Shown: positions 35,450-44,557, counted from the stretch's first letter. The stretch: 64,000 nt of DNA from Vicinamibacterales bacterium (GCA_050250645.1 JBFWOG010000002.1:71691-135690), one strand, 5' to 3'. Program-made: numbers and translations. Notes: generated by a model not told the origin, from the sequence alone.

Positions 35450-36055
35450 ATGCGCCATCGAGTTGCACACCGGAAGCTCGGACGAACCACCGAGCACCGC
35501 ATCGCCCTCCTGCGGAACCAGGCCGAGGCCCTGCTGCGCCACGAGCGCATCGAGACCACGCTGCCCAAGGCCAAGGAGCTGCGTCCCTTCGTCGAGCGCC
35601 TCATCACCATCGCCAAGCGCGGGGTGAAGGCGGCCGACCCGAAGGGCCAGACCCTGGCCGCCCGCCGCCTCGTCATGCGCGACCTCGTCAACGAGGACGT
35701 CGTGGCGAAGCTGTTCGACCACCTCGCGCCCCGCTTCATGGAGCGCCCGGGCGGCTACACCCGCATCCTCAAGCTGGGCCACCGCCGCGGCGACGCGGCC
35801 GAGGTCGCCCAGATCGAGCTCGTCGGCAGCGAGTTCGACCCGAAGAAGGCCGAGGCCGAGAAGAAGGCGGCCGAGGAGTCGGGGGAGGGCGCGCCCAAGA
35901 CCAGCGTCGGCGAGCGCCTCAAGTCCGCCGCCAAGCGGATCCGCGGCAGCCAGCCCAAGTCGCCCAAGGGCGACACGGGCGCCAAGGCGAAGACCAGCAA
36001 GGCCGCCAAGGGCTCCAAGCAGACCAACACCCCGCGCAAGGCCGGAGGTTCGTAG
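35450..36055 (+). CDS. rplQ: 50S ribosomal protein L17 with an ~80-aa Lys/Ala/Glu-rich C-terminal extension
   Basis: [17 protein letters not shown]...[14 protein letters not shown]...; the tail is ...[21 protein letters not shown]...[13 protein letters not shown]. Confidence 0.95.
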   Translation: MRHRVAHRKLGRTTEHRIALLRNQAEALLRHERIETTLPKAKELRPFVERLITIAKRGVKAADPKGQTLAARRLVMRDLVNEDVVAKLFDHLAPRFMERPGGYTRILKLGHRRGDAAEVAQIELVGSEFDPKKAEAEKKAAEESGEGAPKTSVGERLKSAAKRIRGSQPKSPKGDTGAKAKTSKAAKGSKQTNTPRKAGGS

Positions 36056-36061
36056 CCCATC

Positions 36062-36107
36062 TCAGATCTGAGATCTCAGATCTCAGATCTGGAGCGCGTC
36101 GCGCCAG
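36062..36107. repeat. Period-7 palindromic tandem repeat (TCAGATC TGAGATC TCAGATC TCAGATC) plus a short GC hairpin, between convergent rplQ and the DUF2277 gene
   Basis: Four heptamers at 36062-36089 contain 4 GATC sites and are self-complementary (TCTCAGA/TCTGAGA). An imperfect stem CTGG(a)GCG...CGCCAG lies at 36089-36107. Confidence 0.8.
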
Positions 36108-36110
36108 ACA

Positions 36111-36380
36111 TCAGAAGCGCGGGTTCGCCAGGCGGCGGGCCCGCGCTTTTTCGCGCTCGGCCGCCCGGTCCTTCGGCGGGGCGCTCGTGACCAGGCGGTC
36201 GACGAGCCGCCGGGCCGCGGCCGCCACCTCGCGCACCCCCTCGTCGAAGGCCGCCTCGTTCGCCTGCGACGGGCGGGTGAACCCGCTCACCTTGCGCACG
36301 AACTGCAGCGCCGCGGCCTCGATCTCGGCGTCGGTCGCGGGCGGGTCGAAGTTGAACAGCGGGCGGATGTTCCGGCACAT
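36111..36380 (-). CDS. DUF2277-family small protein
   Basis: MCRNIRPLFNFDPPATDAEIEAAALQFVRKVSGF... matches the DUF2277 N-terminal signature from recall. Start set at the MCRNIR Met. Confidence 0.65.
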   Translation of the reverse strand: MCRNIRPLFNFDPPATDAEIEAAALQFVRKVSGFTRPSQANEAAFDEGVREVAAAARRLVDRLVTSAPPKDRAAEREKARARRLANPRF

Positions 36381-36441
36381 GGGGACGTCTCCTCCGTTCA
36401 ATTCTACGGTCCCCGCGCCGCCGTGGTACGATCACCGCCCC

Positions 36442-37065
36442 ATGCGATTCCTGCCCCACCTCTTCGCCCAGAACCGCTCGTGGGCCGAGGCGAAGGTCGC
36501 CCGTGACCCCGAGTTCTTCACGCGCCTCGCCAGCCAGCAGACCCCCGGCTACCTGTGGATTGGCTGCTCGGACAGCCGCGTACCGGCCAACGAGATCGTC
36601 GACCTCGCCCCGGGCGAGCTGTTCGTCCACCGCAACGTGGCGAACCTCGTCGTCCACACCGACCTCAACTGCCTGTCGGTCATCCAGTTCGCCGTGGACG
36701 TCATCAAGGTCCGCGACATCATCGTCTGCGGCCACTATGGCTGCGGCGGCGTCAAGGCCGCGCTCGAGTCGTCCGAGCACGGGCTGATCGACAACTGGCT
36801 CCGCCACATCCAGGACATCGCGACCGCCCACGAGTCGGAGCTCGCCGCCATCGGTGACGACGAGGCGCGCGTGGACCGGCTGTGCGAGCTCAACATCATC
36901 CACGGGGTCACGACGGTGGGCCGGACGACGGTGGTGCGCGACGCCTGGCGCCGGGGGCAGCACCTGACCCTCCACGGCTGGATCTACTCGATCCGGGACG
37001 GCCTGCTGCGCGACCTCGACGTGTCCGTGTCGGGCCCCGCCGGCCCCGTGGCGCCGGGGGCCTAG
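36442..37065 (+). CDS. can: Beta-class carbonic anhydrase
   Basis: GCSDSRVP and VCGHYGCGG zinc-ligand motifs; 207 aa. Start at the ATG at 36442 (MRFLPHLFAQNR...). Confidence 0.88.
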   Translation: MRFLPHLFAQNRSWAEAKVARDPEFFTRLASQQTPGYLWIGCSDSRVPANEIVDLAPGELFVHRNVANLVVHTDLNCLSVIQFAVDVIKVRDIIVCGHYGCGGVKAALESSEHGLIDNWLRHIQDIATAHESELAAIGDDEARVDRLCELNIIHGVTTVGRTTVVRDAWRRGQHLTLHGWIYSIRDGLLRDLDVSVSGPAGPVAPGA

Positions 37066-37066
37066 G

Positions 37067-37672
37067 GTGGATCTCGCCGCCCGGTTCGGCGCCATCGACA
37101 TCTACCTGTTCGACCAACTCCTCAGGGGGCGCATCGCGCCGGGCATGCGGGTGCTGGACGCCGGCTGCGGCGGCGGGCGGAACCTCGTGTACCTGCTGCG
37201 CGAGGGGTACGACGTGAGCGCCGTGGACGTCGATCCGGGGGCCGTGGCGGCGGCGCGGGAGCTCGCCGCGGCGCTGGCCCCGGGCCTGCCGGCCGACCGG
37301 ATCCGCGCGGAGCCGCTGGACCGGCTCTCGTGGCCCGACGCGGCCTTCGACGTGGTGCTGGCGAGCGCCGTGCTGCACTTCGCGCGCGACCACCAGCACT
37401 TCGCGCGGATGCTGGACGAGCTGTGGCGGGTGCTGGCGCCGGGCGGCCTGTTCTTCGCGCGCCTGGCGTCGACGATCGGCCTCGACGGCCGGGCGGTCCC
37501 GCTCGGCGGCGGGCGGCACACGCTGCCGGACGGGTCGGAGCGCTACCTGGTGGACGAGACGTCGCTCGTCGCCCACGCGACCAGGCTCGGCGGCGCGCTG
37601 GCCGACCCCCTGAAGACGACGGTGGTCCAGGGCCAGCGCGCGATGACGACCTGGGTCCTGCGCCGGCCCTAG
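37067..37672 (+). CDS. Class I SAM-dependent methyltransferase
   Basis: Motif I VLDAGCGGGRNLVYL and an acidic post-I residue (VSAVDVD). GTG start 1 nt after the can stop. Substrate unknown. Confidence 0.7.
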   Translation: MDLAARFGAIDIYLFDQLLRGRIAPGMRVLDAGCGGGRNLVYLLREGYDVSAVDVDPGAVAAARELAAALAPGLPADRIRAEPLDRLSWPDAAFDVVLASAVLHFARDHQHFARMLDELWRVLAPGGLFFARLASTIGLDGRAVPLGGGRHTLPDGSERYLVDETSLVAHATRLGGALADPLKTTVVQGQRAMTTWVLRRP

Positions 37673-39765
37673 ACCTCCTCCTCGACCACCTGGCCGCGCT
37701 CGGCCTTCGCCGCCGCGATGATCTTCTGCTGCAGGTGGGCCGGCACGTCGTCGTAGTGCGAGAACTCCATCTGGTAGGACCCGCGCCCGCCGGTGACCGA
37801 CGTGAGGTGCTGCTCGTAGGTCAGCATCTCGGCCATCGGCACCTGGGCCTTGATGACGGTCATCTGGCCCCGCGGCTCCATGCCGGAGATGCGGCCCCGC
37901 CGGCCGTTCAGGTCGCCCATCAGGTCGCCGGCGTGGTCGCTCGGCGCGTACACCGAGACGTTCATGATCGGCTCGAGCAGCGTCGGCTTCGCCTTCGACA
38001 TCCCGTCCTTGAACGCGAGCCAGCCGGCGGTCTTGAACGACAGCTCGTTCGAGTCGACGTCGTGGTACTGGCCGTCGAGCAGGACGACGCGGAAGTCGAC
38101 GACGGGGAAGCCGGCGAGGTAGCCGCGGACCCGCGACTCCTGGATGCCCTTCTCGACGGCCGGGATGAACTGCCGCGGGATGGAGCCGCCGAAGATCTCG
38201 TCGACGAACTCGAAGTCGCCCCCGCGGGGCAGCGGCTCCATGCGGATCTTGCAGTCGCCGAACTGCCCGTGCCCGCCCGTCTGCTTCTTGTGGCGGCCGT
38301 GCGCCTCGGCCTTCGCCGTGATCGTCTCGAGGTAGGGGATGCGCGGCGGCTTGAGGTTGACCTCGACGCCGAACCGGCGCTTCAGCTTCGCCACCGTCAC
38401 CTCGATGTGCAGCTGGCCCTGGCCGGAGAGCAGGAGCTCCCCGGTGTGGGGGTCCCGCGCGTACCGGATCGTCGGGTCCTCCTCCTCGAGCCGGTGCATC
38501 GACGTGCTGATCTTGTCCTCGTCGCCGCGGCTCTTCGGCTCGATGGCGTAGGAGAGCACCGGTTCGGGGAACGTCAGGGGCGCGAAGGCGATGCCGGCGC
38601 CCTTCTCGGCCAGCGTGTCGCTGGTCCGGGTGTCCTTGAGCTTCGCGACGGCGCCGAGGTCGCCGGCCCCGATCTCGGGGACGTTGGTCTGGGCCTTGCC
38701 CTGGAGCACCATCAGGTGCCCGAACCGCTCCTGGCTGCCCTGGGTCTGGTTCGTGACCGTCGAGTCGGCCTTGATGACGCCCTGGTACACCCGGAAGAGG
38801 GTGATCCGTCCGGCGAACTGGTCGGCGATCGTCTTGAAGACGAACGCGGCGGTGGGGGCGCCCGGGTCCGCGGGGCGCGTGACACCGGCTCCCGACTCGT
38901 CGAGGGCGGCGAAGGGCCGGTCGGCGGGCGAGGGCACGTAGTGGGCGAGCGCGTCGAGGAGCGGCTGGGAGCCGATGTTGTGCAGCCCCGACGCGCACAC
39001 GAGCGGGAAGATGCGCGCGGCATGGGTCGCGGCCCGCAGGCCGCGCTCGAGCTCGGCCTGCGTCAGCGTGCCGGCCTCGAAGAACTGCTCCATGAGGGCC
39101 TCGTCGGCCTCGGCCACCATCTCGATCAGCGACTCCCGGGCGGACGCCGCCGCGTCGGCCATGCCGGCCGGCACCTCGCCCTCCGTCATCTGGCCGGAGC
39201 CGTCGGGGGCGAAGGTGTACGCCTTCATGGCCACGAGGTCGACGACCCCCGAGAAGTCCTTCTCTTCCCCGATGGGGAGCTGGATGGGGACGATCTCGCG
39301 GCCGAGGGTCTCGCGCAGGGACACGAGGGTCCGCTCGAGCGAGGCGCGCTCGCGGTCGAGGCGCGTCAGCACGACGATGCGGGGGAGGTCGGCCTGGGCC
39401 GCGGCGGCCCAGGCCATCTCGGTCTGGACCTCGACGCCGGAGACGGCGTCCACGGCGACGAGGGCGGCCTCGACGACGCGGAGCGCGGCGCGCGCGTCGC
39501 TGAAGAAGTTGCCGAACCCGGGGGTGTCGATGAGGTTGATCTTGGCCTTGTCCCACTCGGCGTAGGCGAGGCTGGCGGAGAGGGTGTGCTTGCGGGCGAT
39601 TTCTTCGTCGTCGAAGTCGGTGACGGTGGTGCCGTCGTCCACCTTGCCGAGCCGGTTGACCATGCCGGACGCGAACAGCAGGGCGGAGACGAGCTGGGTC
39701 TTGCCGCATCCCCCGTGACCGACGACGGCCACGTTACGGATGCCGGCGGCGTCGTAGACCTTCAT
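37669..39765 (-). CDS. Elongation factor G paralogue (EF-G2-like translational GTPase)
   Basis: 698 aa; NVAVVGHGGCGKTQ P-loop, DTPGFGNF, TRLD, and full domain II-V length. Its stop overlaps the methyltransferase stop (CTAG). SD GGGAGGG. Confidence 0.85.
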   Translation of the reverse strand: MKVYDAAGIRNVAVVGHGGCGKTQLVSALLFASGMVNRLGKVDDGTTVTDFDDEEIARKHTLSASLAYAEWDKAKINLIDTPGFGNFFSDARAALRVVEAALVAVDAVSGVEVQTEMAWAAAAQADLPRIVVLTRLDRERASLERTLVSLRETLGREIVPIQLPIGEEKDFSGVVDLVAMKAYTFAPDGSGQMTEGEVPAGMADAAASARESLIEMVAEADEALMEQFFEAGTLTQAELERGLRAATHAARIFPLVCASGLHNIGSQPLLDALAHYVPSPADRPFAALDESGAGVTRPADPGAPTAAFVFKTIADQFAGRITLFRVYQGVIKADSTVTNQTQGSQERFGHLMVLQGKAQTNVPEIGAGDLGAVAKLKDTRTSDTLAEKGAGIAFAPLTFPEPVLSYAIEPKSRGDEDKISTSMHRLEEEDPTIRYARDPHTGELLLSGQGQLHIEVTVAKLKRRFGVEVNLKPPRIPYLETITAKAEAHGRHKKQTGGHGQFGDCKIRMEPLPRGGDFEFVDEIFGGSIPRQFIPAVEKGIQESRVRGYLAGFPVVDFRVVLLDGQYHDVDSNELSFKTAGWLAFKDGMSKAKPTLLEPIMNVSVYAPSDHAGDLMGDLNGRRGRISGMEPRGQMTVIKAQVPMAEMLTYEQHLTSVTGGRGSYQMEFSHYDDVPAHLQQKIIAAAKAERGQVVEEEV

Positions 39766-39809
39766 GGCGGTACCCTCCCGCGGGGCGTTATGAGACCGTT
39801 ACAGGGGCA

Positions 39810-39838
39810 TCATACAACCGCGGTGGGCGTGGGCCAAG
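39810..39838 (-). promoter_or_regulatory. Candidate sigma70 promoter for the EF-G paralogue
   Basis: Minus-strand reading: TTGGCC, a 17-nt spacer, then TATGAT. Lies about 45 nt upstream of the ATG at 39765. Confidence 0.4.
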
Positions 39839-39971
39839 ACAGGCGCGGGGGCCGGCCGCGCGGGCGCGGCCCCTCGCCGCCGACGCCGCCCCCGGACGAG
39901 CGGCGGCCCGGCACTGGCCCCCCGCGCAATCAGGTCGCGCACGCTGGCGTCCGGCGCGGGCGCGGTCCGGG

Positions 39972-41267
39972 TCACTCGTAGCGGAGGGCCTCGATCGGGT
40001 CGAGGCGCGCCGCGCGCCAGGCGGGGAACATCCCGAAGAAGATGCCGACGGTGGCCGAGAACCCGAGGCCGAGGGCGAACGACCACCACGGGAGGGAGAT
40101 GGGGAAGCCCGACACCGCGTTGACGAGCAGGCCGATGCCGCTGCCCATCAGGATCCCGATGACGCCGCCGACGCTGGTGAGGACGGCGGCCTCGATGAGG
40201 AACTGGAACAGGATCTCCCGGCGGCGGGCGCCGATGGCCATGCGGACGCCGATCTCGCGGGTCCGCTCGGTCACGGAGATCGTCATGATGGCCATCACGC
40301 CGATGCCGCCGACCATCAGGGCGATCGACGAGATGACGACGAGCGAGAGGAGGACGGCCTGGGAGATCTGCTCCCAGACCTGGAGGACGGCGTCCTGCGT
40401 GACGAGGTCGAAGTCGTTGGGCTGGTCGAGGGTGAGCCCATGGCGGATGCGCATGATGCTCTCGACCTCCTGCATCGCCTCGTCGCGGGTGACGTCGTCG
40501 CGGGGGACGACGGCGAGCATCGCGCCGACGCCGCCGAACCGGCCGCGCTGCTGCCGCAGCTCCGACCCGAACTGCTTGCGGAACGCGGTGTAGGGGATCA
40601 TGGCGAAGTCGTCCTGGCCGAGGGAGAACCCGCCGGCCGCCGCGCGCTTGCCGATGACGCCGACGATCGTGTACTGCACCGAGCCGATCCGGATCTTCTT
40701 GCCGATCGGGTCGAGGCCGGAGCGCTCGAACAGGGCCTCGTAGGGCCCGTAGCCGAGCACGGCGACGTTGCGGCGGCGCTCCACCTCCTGCGCGGTGAGG
40801 GACCGGCCCAGGATGATCTTGGCGAAGTTCACGTCGACGAAGGCCTCGCTCGCGCCCATGATCACCTGCGGCTGCGTGCGCTGGCCGCCGTAGAACATCC
40901 GCTCCATCGTGGGCTGCGGGGGGCCGGCGCCGAGCCAGGTGTCGACGAGGGCGACCGACGGGGCCAGCCGCTTGATCGCCTCGCCGTCGTCCACCGTGAG
41001 GCTCGGCCGGCGCAGCAGGTCGAGGAACGACGCGCCGGACGAGAAGCTGACCGCGCCGAAACGCTGCACGAAGATGGTCTTCGGGCCGAGCTCCATGATC
41101 GACGCGCGGAGCGACTGGTCGAAGCCCCGGATGAGCGACGTCATGCCGACGATCGACGTGATGCCGATGACGACGCCGAGGACGGTGAGCCCCGACCGCA
41201 TCTTGTTGGTCCGGAGCGTGTCGAAGGCCATCGCGGCCGTTTCCCTGAGCAGCGCGAAGCGCATCAT
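39972..41267 (-). CDS. ABC transporter permease, MacB/FtsX-type (MacB periplasmic domain plus FtsX domain), no ATPase domain
   Basis: 431 aa; N-terminal FDTLRTNKMRSGLTVLGVVIGITSIV, C-terminal ...RAARLDPIEALRYE. ATGA overlap with the upstream permease. The ORF-track 676-aa form is an artefactual 5' extension. Confidence 0.85.
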   Translation of the reverse strand: MMRFALLRETAAMAFDTLRTNKMRSGLTVLGVVIGITSIVGMTSLIRGFDQSLRASIMELGPKTIFVQRFGAVSFSSGASFLDLLRRPSLTVDDGEAIKRLAPSVALVDTWLGAGPPQPTMERMFYGGQRTQPQVIMGASEAFVDVNFAKIILGRSLTAQEVERRRNVAVLGYGPYEALFERSGLDPIGKKIRIGSVQYTIVGVIGKRAAAGGFSLGQDDFAMIPYTAFRKQFGSELRQQRGRFGGVGAMLAVVPRDDVTRDEAMQEVESIMRIRHGLTLDQPNDFDLVTQDAVLQVWEQISQAVLLSLVVISSIALMVGGIGVMAIMTISVTERTREIGVRMAIGARRREILFQFLIEAAVLTSVGGVIGILMGSGIGLLVNAVSGFPISLPWWSFALGLGFSATVGIFFGMFPAWRAARLDPIEALRYE

Positions 41268-42487
41268 TCCCTCCGGAGCGCCTCGATGGGGTCGAGCGCG
41301 GCGGCGCGACGGGCCGGGTACCAGCCGAAGAACAGCCCGACGAGCGCCGTGATCCCGATGCCGAGCAGCACCGACCACGTCTCGACCGCGGACGGCAGCG
41401 GGGTCACCGCGGCCAGGCCCGTCGCGAACGCGGCCCCGATGGCGACGCCGATCATGCCGCCGACGAGCGACAGCGTGATCGACTCGGTCAGCACCTGCGA
41501 CATGATGTCGCGGCGCTTGGCGCCGAGCGCCTTGCGGAGCCCGATCTCGCGCGTCCGCTCGCTGACGACCATCAGCATGATGTTCATGATCACGATGCCG
41601 CCGACGACCAGCGAGAGCGCCACGATGCCGACCAGCACCGCGGCGATGCCGGCCGTGGCCTGCTTGTAGATGTCCATCACCGAGTCGGACCCGAGGATCC
41701 CGAAGTTGTCCTCCTCGCCCGGCGCGAGCCCGCGCTCGACCCGCAGCGCCACCCGCGCCTCGTCCCTCGCGACCGCGACGAGCGAGGCGTCGCGGGGCTT
41801 GATCATCACCTGGAGCGACTGGCGCGACCCGAAGATCTTCTGGAACTGGCCGAGCGGGATGACGACGAACTCGTCGAGCGAGTTGCCGAACACGGCGCCC
41901 TTCTTCTCGCTCACCCCGACCACGCGGAACCGGGCACCCCCGACGCGGATCATCTTGTCCAGCGGGTTCTCCGACCCGAACAGCCGGTCCGCGACCTGCC
42001 ACCCGAGCAGCACCACCGGCCGCTTGCGCGAGATCTCGATCGGGTTGATCATCCGGCCGCGCTCGGCGTCGAAGGTCGAGAACTCGATGTACTGCTCGGT
42101 GACGCCCTGCACGGTCACCGACTGCAGCTCCTCGCTGCGGTAGGCCACCGTCGTCCGCTGCTGCGCCTGCGCCATCACCGCGTCGAACGTCTCGCCGAAG
42201 CGACGGATCGCCGCCACCTCGCTCGTCGTGATCCGCGGGTTGCTCCGCTGCCGGTCGGCCTCGTCCTGGTTGCGGGTGATCCCCGTCCGCTGCACCACGA
42301 ACGAGTCGGCGCCGAGGTCCGACACGATCGCGTCCGACACCGCGCCGTTCACGCCCTGGATCAGCGCGACCACCGTGATGATCGACGACACGGCGACGAT
42401 GTTGCCGAGCAGGGTCAGCAGGGACCGCAGCTTGTTCGTCCAGATGGACGCCAGCGCCAGCCGCACCGACTCGAGGATCTGGGACAT
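41264..42487 (-). CDS. ABC transporter permease, MacB/FtsX-type, paralogue of the downstream gene
   Basis: 407 aa; LASIWTNKLRSLLTLLGNIVAVSSII...REIGLRKALGAKRRDI...RAAALDPIEALRRE. Confidence 0.85.
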   Translation of the reverse strand: MSQILESVRLALASIWTNKLRSLLTLLGNIVAVSSIITVVALIQGVNGAVSDAIVSDLGADSFVVQRTGITRNQDEADRQRSNPRITTSEVAAIRRFGETFDAVMAQAQQRTTVAYRSEELQSVTVQGVTEQYIEFSTFDAERGRMINPIEISRKRPVVLLGWQVADRLFGSENPLDKMIRVGGARFRVVGVSEKKGAVFGNSLDEFVVIPLGQFQKIFGSRQSLQVMIKPRDASLVAVARDEARVALRVERGLAPGEEDNFGILGSDSVMDIYKQATAGIAAVLVGIVALSLVVGGIVIMNIMLMVVSERTREIGLRKALGAKRRDIMSQVLTESITLSLVGGMIGVAIGAAFATGLAAVTPLPSAVETWSVLLGIGITALVGLFFGWYPARRAAALDPIEALRRE

Positions 42488-42491
42488 CGGC

Positions 42492-43877
42492 CTAGCTGCC
42501 CGCGCGGGCCCCGCCGGCGGCCGCTTGCGCGCCGGCCGGCGTCCGCTCGCGAACGGCGTCGCCGTCGCGCAGGTTGCGGACCGACTCGAACGGCCCGGTG
42601 ATCACGCGGTCGCCCTCCGACAGCCCCGACAGGACCTCGAAGTAGCGCTCGCCCGCGATGCCCACCGAGACCTTCGTGAACTGCGCCTTGCCGTCACGGA
42701 TCACGAAGACCCCCTCGGCCTCCTCGCGGCGCTGCCCCGGCTCGAGCACGCGCGGCGTCGAGTCGGCCGGCGCCTGGGCGGCCGGTCCGAACGAGAAGCC
42801 CCGCTTTTCCCGGGGCGGCTCCGGCACGAGCGCGCCGTCGGCGTCGTAGATGAGCTCCCGCACCGTCATGGACTGGATGGGCACGGCCAGCGCCTGGCTG
42901 CGCGTGGCGGTCGTGATCTCCGCCGTGCACGTGAACCCCGGGCGGACCTCCGGGATCTGCCCGTGGAGGGTCACGACCACCTTGAAGTTCGTGGCCGAGG
43001 TGCTGGTCTGGGTGCCGGTCGCCTGGATGGGGCTGTTGCCGATCTCGGTGACCTCGCCCGTGAACGTCTGGTCCGGCAGGGCGTCGATCGTCACCTTCAC
43101 CGGCTGGCCGAACTGCACGAGCGGGATGTCGGTCTCGTCGACCTCGATCTCCGCCTCGATGACGGACATGTCGGCGACCGTGAGGAGCACCGTGCCCGCG
43201 TTGTTCATCGTGCCCACGACGACGTTCTCGCCCTCTTCGACGTTGCGGCGGGTCACGATCCCGTCGAACGGGGCGTTGAAGCTCGCCTGGGAGAGCGAGT
43301 GCCGGCTGCTGGTCAGCCCGGCTTCCTGCTGCCGCAGCTGCTCTTCACGCGTCCGGATCTCCTGCTCGCGGGCCGCGAGGTCGCTCTCCCGCATCTCGAC
43401 GTCGGCCTGGGCCTTCTCGAGCGTCTCCCGCGTCGTCAGGCCCGCGTCCCAGAGGTCCTGCTGCCGCTTGAGCGCCTGCCGCGCCACCGAGAGGCTGGCC
43501 TGGGTGCTGGCCAGCGACGCGCGGCTCTGCGCGAGGCTCGTGCGCGCCGCGGCCACGGCCGCCTCGTCGCGCTGCACGGCGCTCTGCGCGGTGATCGGGT
43601 CGATCTGGAGCAGGAACTGCCCGGCCTTGACCCGGTCGCCTTCCTCCACGGCCAGCCGGGTCACCTTGCCCATGCCCTGCGCGCTGATGTTGACGGTCTT
43701 CTTCGGCTGGATCTTGCCCGACGCCGAGACGATCGCTTCGAGATCCCGTCGCTGGACGGTTTCGGCCGTGATCTGCACGCCGGTCTCGGCGCGCCTGGCG
43801 AAGTAGGCCGCCGCGCCGCCGCCGGCGACGACGAGCACGAGGAGCACGAGCACCCATTTCCTGCGGAACACGATCAC
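42492..43877 (-). CDS. Efflux periplasmic adaptor (HlyD/MacA membrane-fusion family)
   Basis: GTG start after GGGAGG. N-terminal TM, then lipoyl-like GKVTRLAVEEGDRVKAGQFLLQIDP, a long coiled coil, and a beta-barrel (FTAEITTA...). Ends 4 nt before the permease start. Confidence 0.85.
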   Translation of the reverse strand: MIVFRRKWVLVLLVLVVAGGGAAAYFARRAETGVQITAETVQRRDLEAIVSASGKIQPKKTVNISAQGMGKVTRLAVEEGDRVKAGQFLLQIDPITAQSAVQRDEAAVAAARTSLAQSRASLASTQASLSVARQALKRQQDLWDAGLTTRETLEKAQADVEMRESDLAAREQEIRTREEQLRQQEAGLTSSRHSLSQASFNAPFDGIVTRRNVEEGENVVVGTMNNAGTVLLTVADMSVIEAEIEVDETDIPLVQFGQPVKVTIDALPDQTFTGEVTEIGNSPIQATGTQTSTSATNFKVVVTLHGQIPEVRPGFTCTAEITTATRSQALAVPIQSMTVRELIYDADGALVPEPPREKRGFSFGPAAQAPADSTPRVLEPGQRREEAEGVFVIRDGKAQFTKVSVGIAGERYFEVLSGLSEGDRVITGPFESVRNLRDGDAVRERTPAGAQAAAGGARAGS

Positions 43878-44557
43878 GACCCTCCCAGCGCGGCCATCGC
43901 CGCCGCCAACACGCCGCTCACCACGGCATACACCGCCGCGAGCCGGCCGACCGATGCGCCGACGCCCCTGCCGGTCATCGCCGACAGCCCGAACGCGAGC
44001 ACGACCATCCACCAGAGCCCGAACACGTCCAGCGCCCCGAAGAACGCGGCCGTCACCGTCCCGTCGTCGCCCACCGGCAGCACCGCCGCCAGGGTGGTGG
44101 GGGTCGACAGGGATTCCCGCACGATGTCCAGGGGGAGCGCTACGAGCTGGCCGAGGGCCAGCACGGCTGTCGCGTGGACCGAGACCGCCAGCGCCGCGTC
44201 GAACCCGGCGCCGGAACCCTGCATCCGCGCCAGCCCCAGGAGGCCAGCCGCGACCGCCAGTGTCGTCACGGGGTTCAGCAGGACGCGGCCGCCGCTGGCC
44301 AGGTAGACCCAGTAGGGCGGCGCTGCCTGCAGGCGGGCATACGCCGCGTCGTCCACCGTGCCGCCGAAGGCGTCCGTCAGCCGCACCTGCTCGTCGACGA
44401 GCGCCTGTCGTCCCAGGTCCGTCGAGAGCAGCAGCGCGCCGCACAGGACGGGAACGGCCAGGACGAGCCCCCACGGGCCCAGCCACGACGGACGCGCGAC
44501 CAGCTCGGTCATGACGCCCCGCGGGCGCAGGAAGACCCCCGCTAGACGCCGGATCAC
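43874..44557 (-). CDS. Yip1-domain family integral membrane protein
   Basis: 227 aa with 5 hydrophobic segments. The N-terminal ...VFLRPRGVMTELVARPSWLGPW... is typical of bacterial Yip1/DUF1282 proteins, from recall. GTGA-coupled to the adaptor gene. Confidence 0.55.
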   Translation of the reverse strand: MIRRLAGVFLRPRGVMTELVARPSWLGPWGLVLAVPVLCGALLLSTDLGRQALVDEQVRLTDAFGGTVDDAAYARLQAAPPYWVYLASGGRVLLNPVTTLAVAAGLLGLARMQGSGAGFDAALAVSVHATAVLALGQLVALPLDIVRESLSTPTTLAAVLPVGDDGTVTAAFFGALDVFGLWWMVVLAFGLSAMTGRGVGASVGRLAAVYAVVSGVLAAAMAALGGS

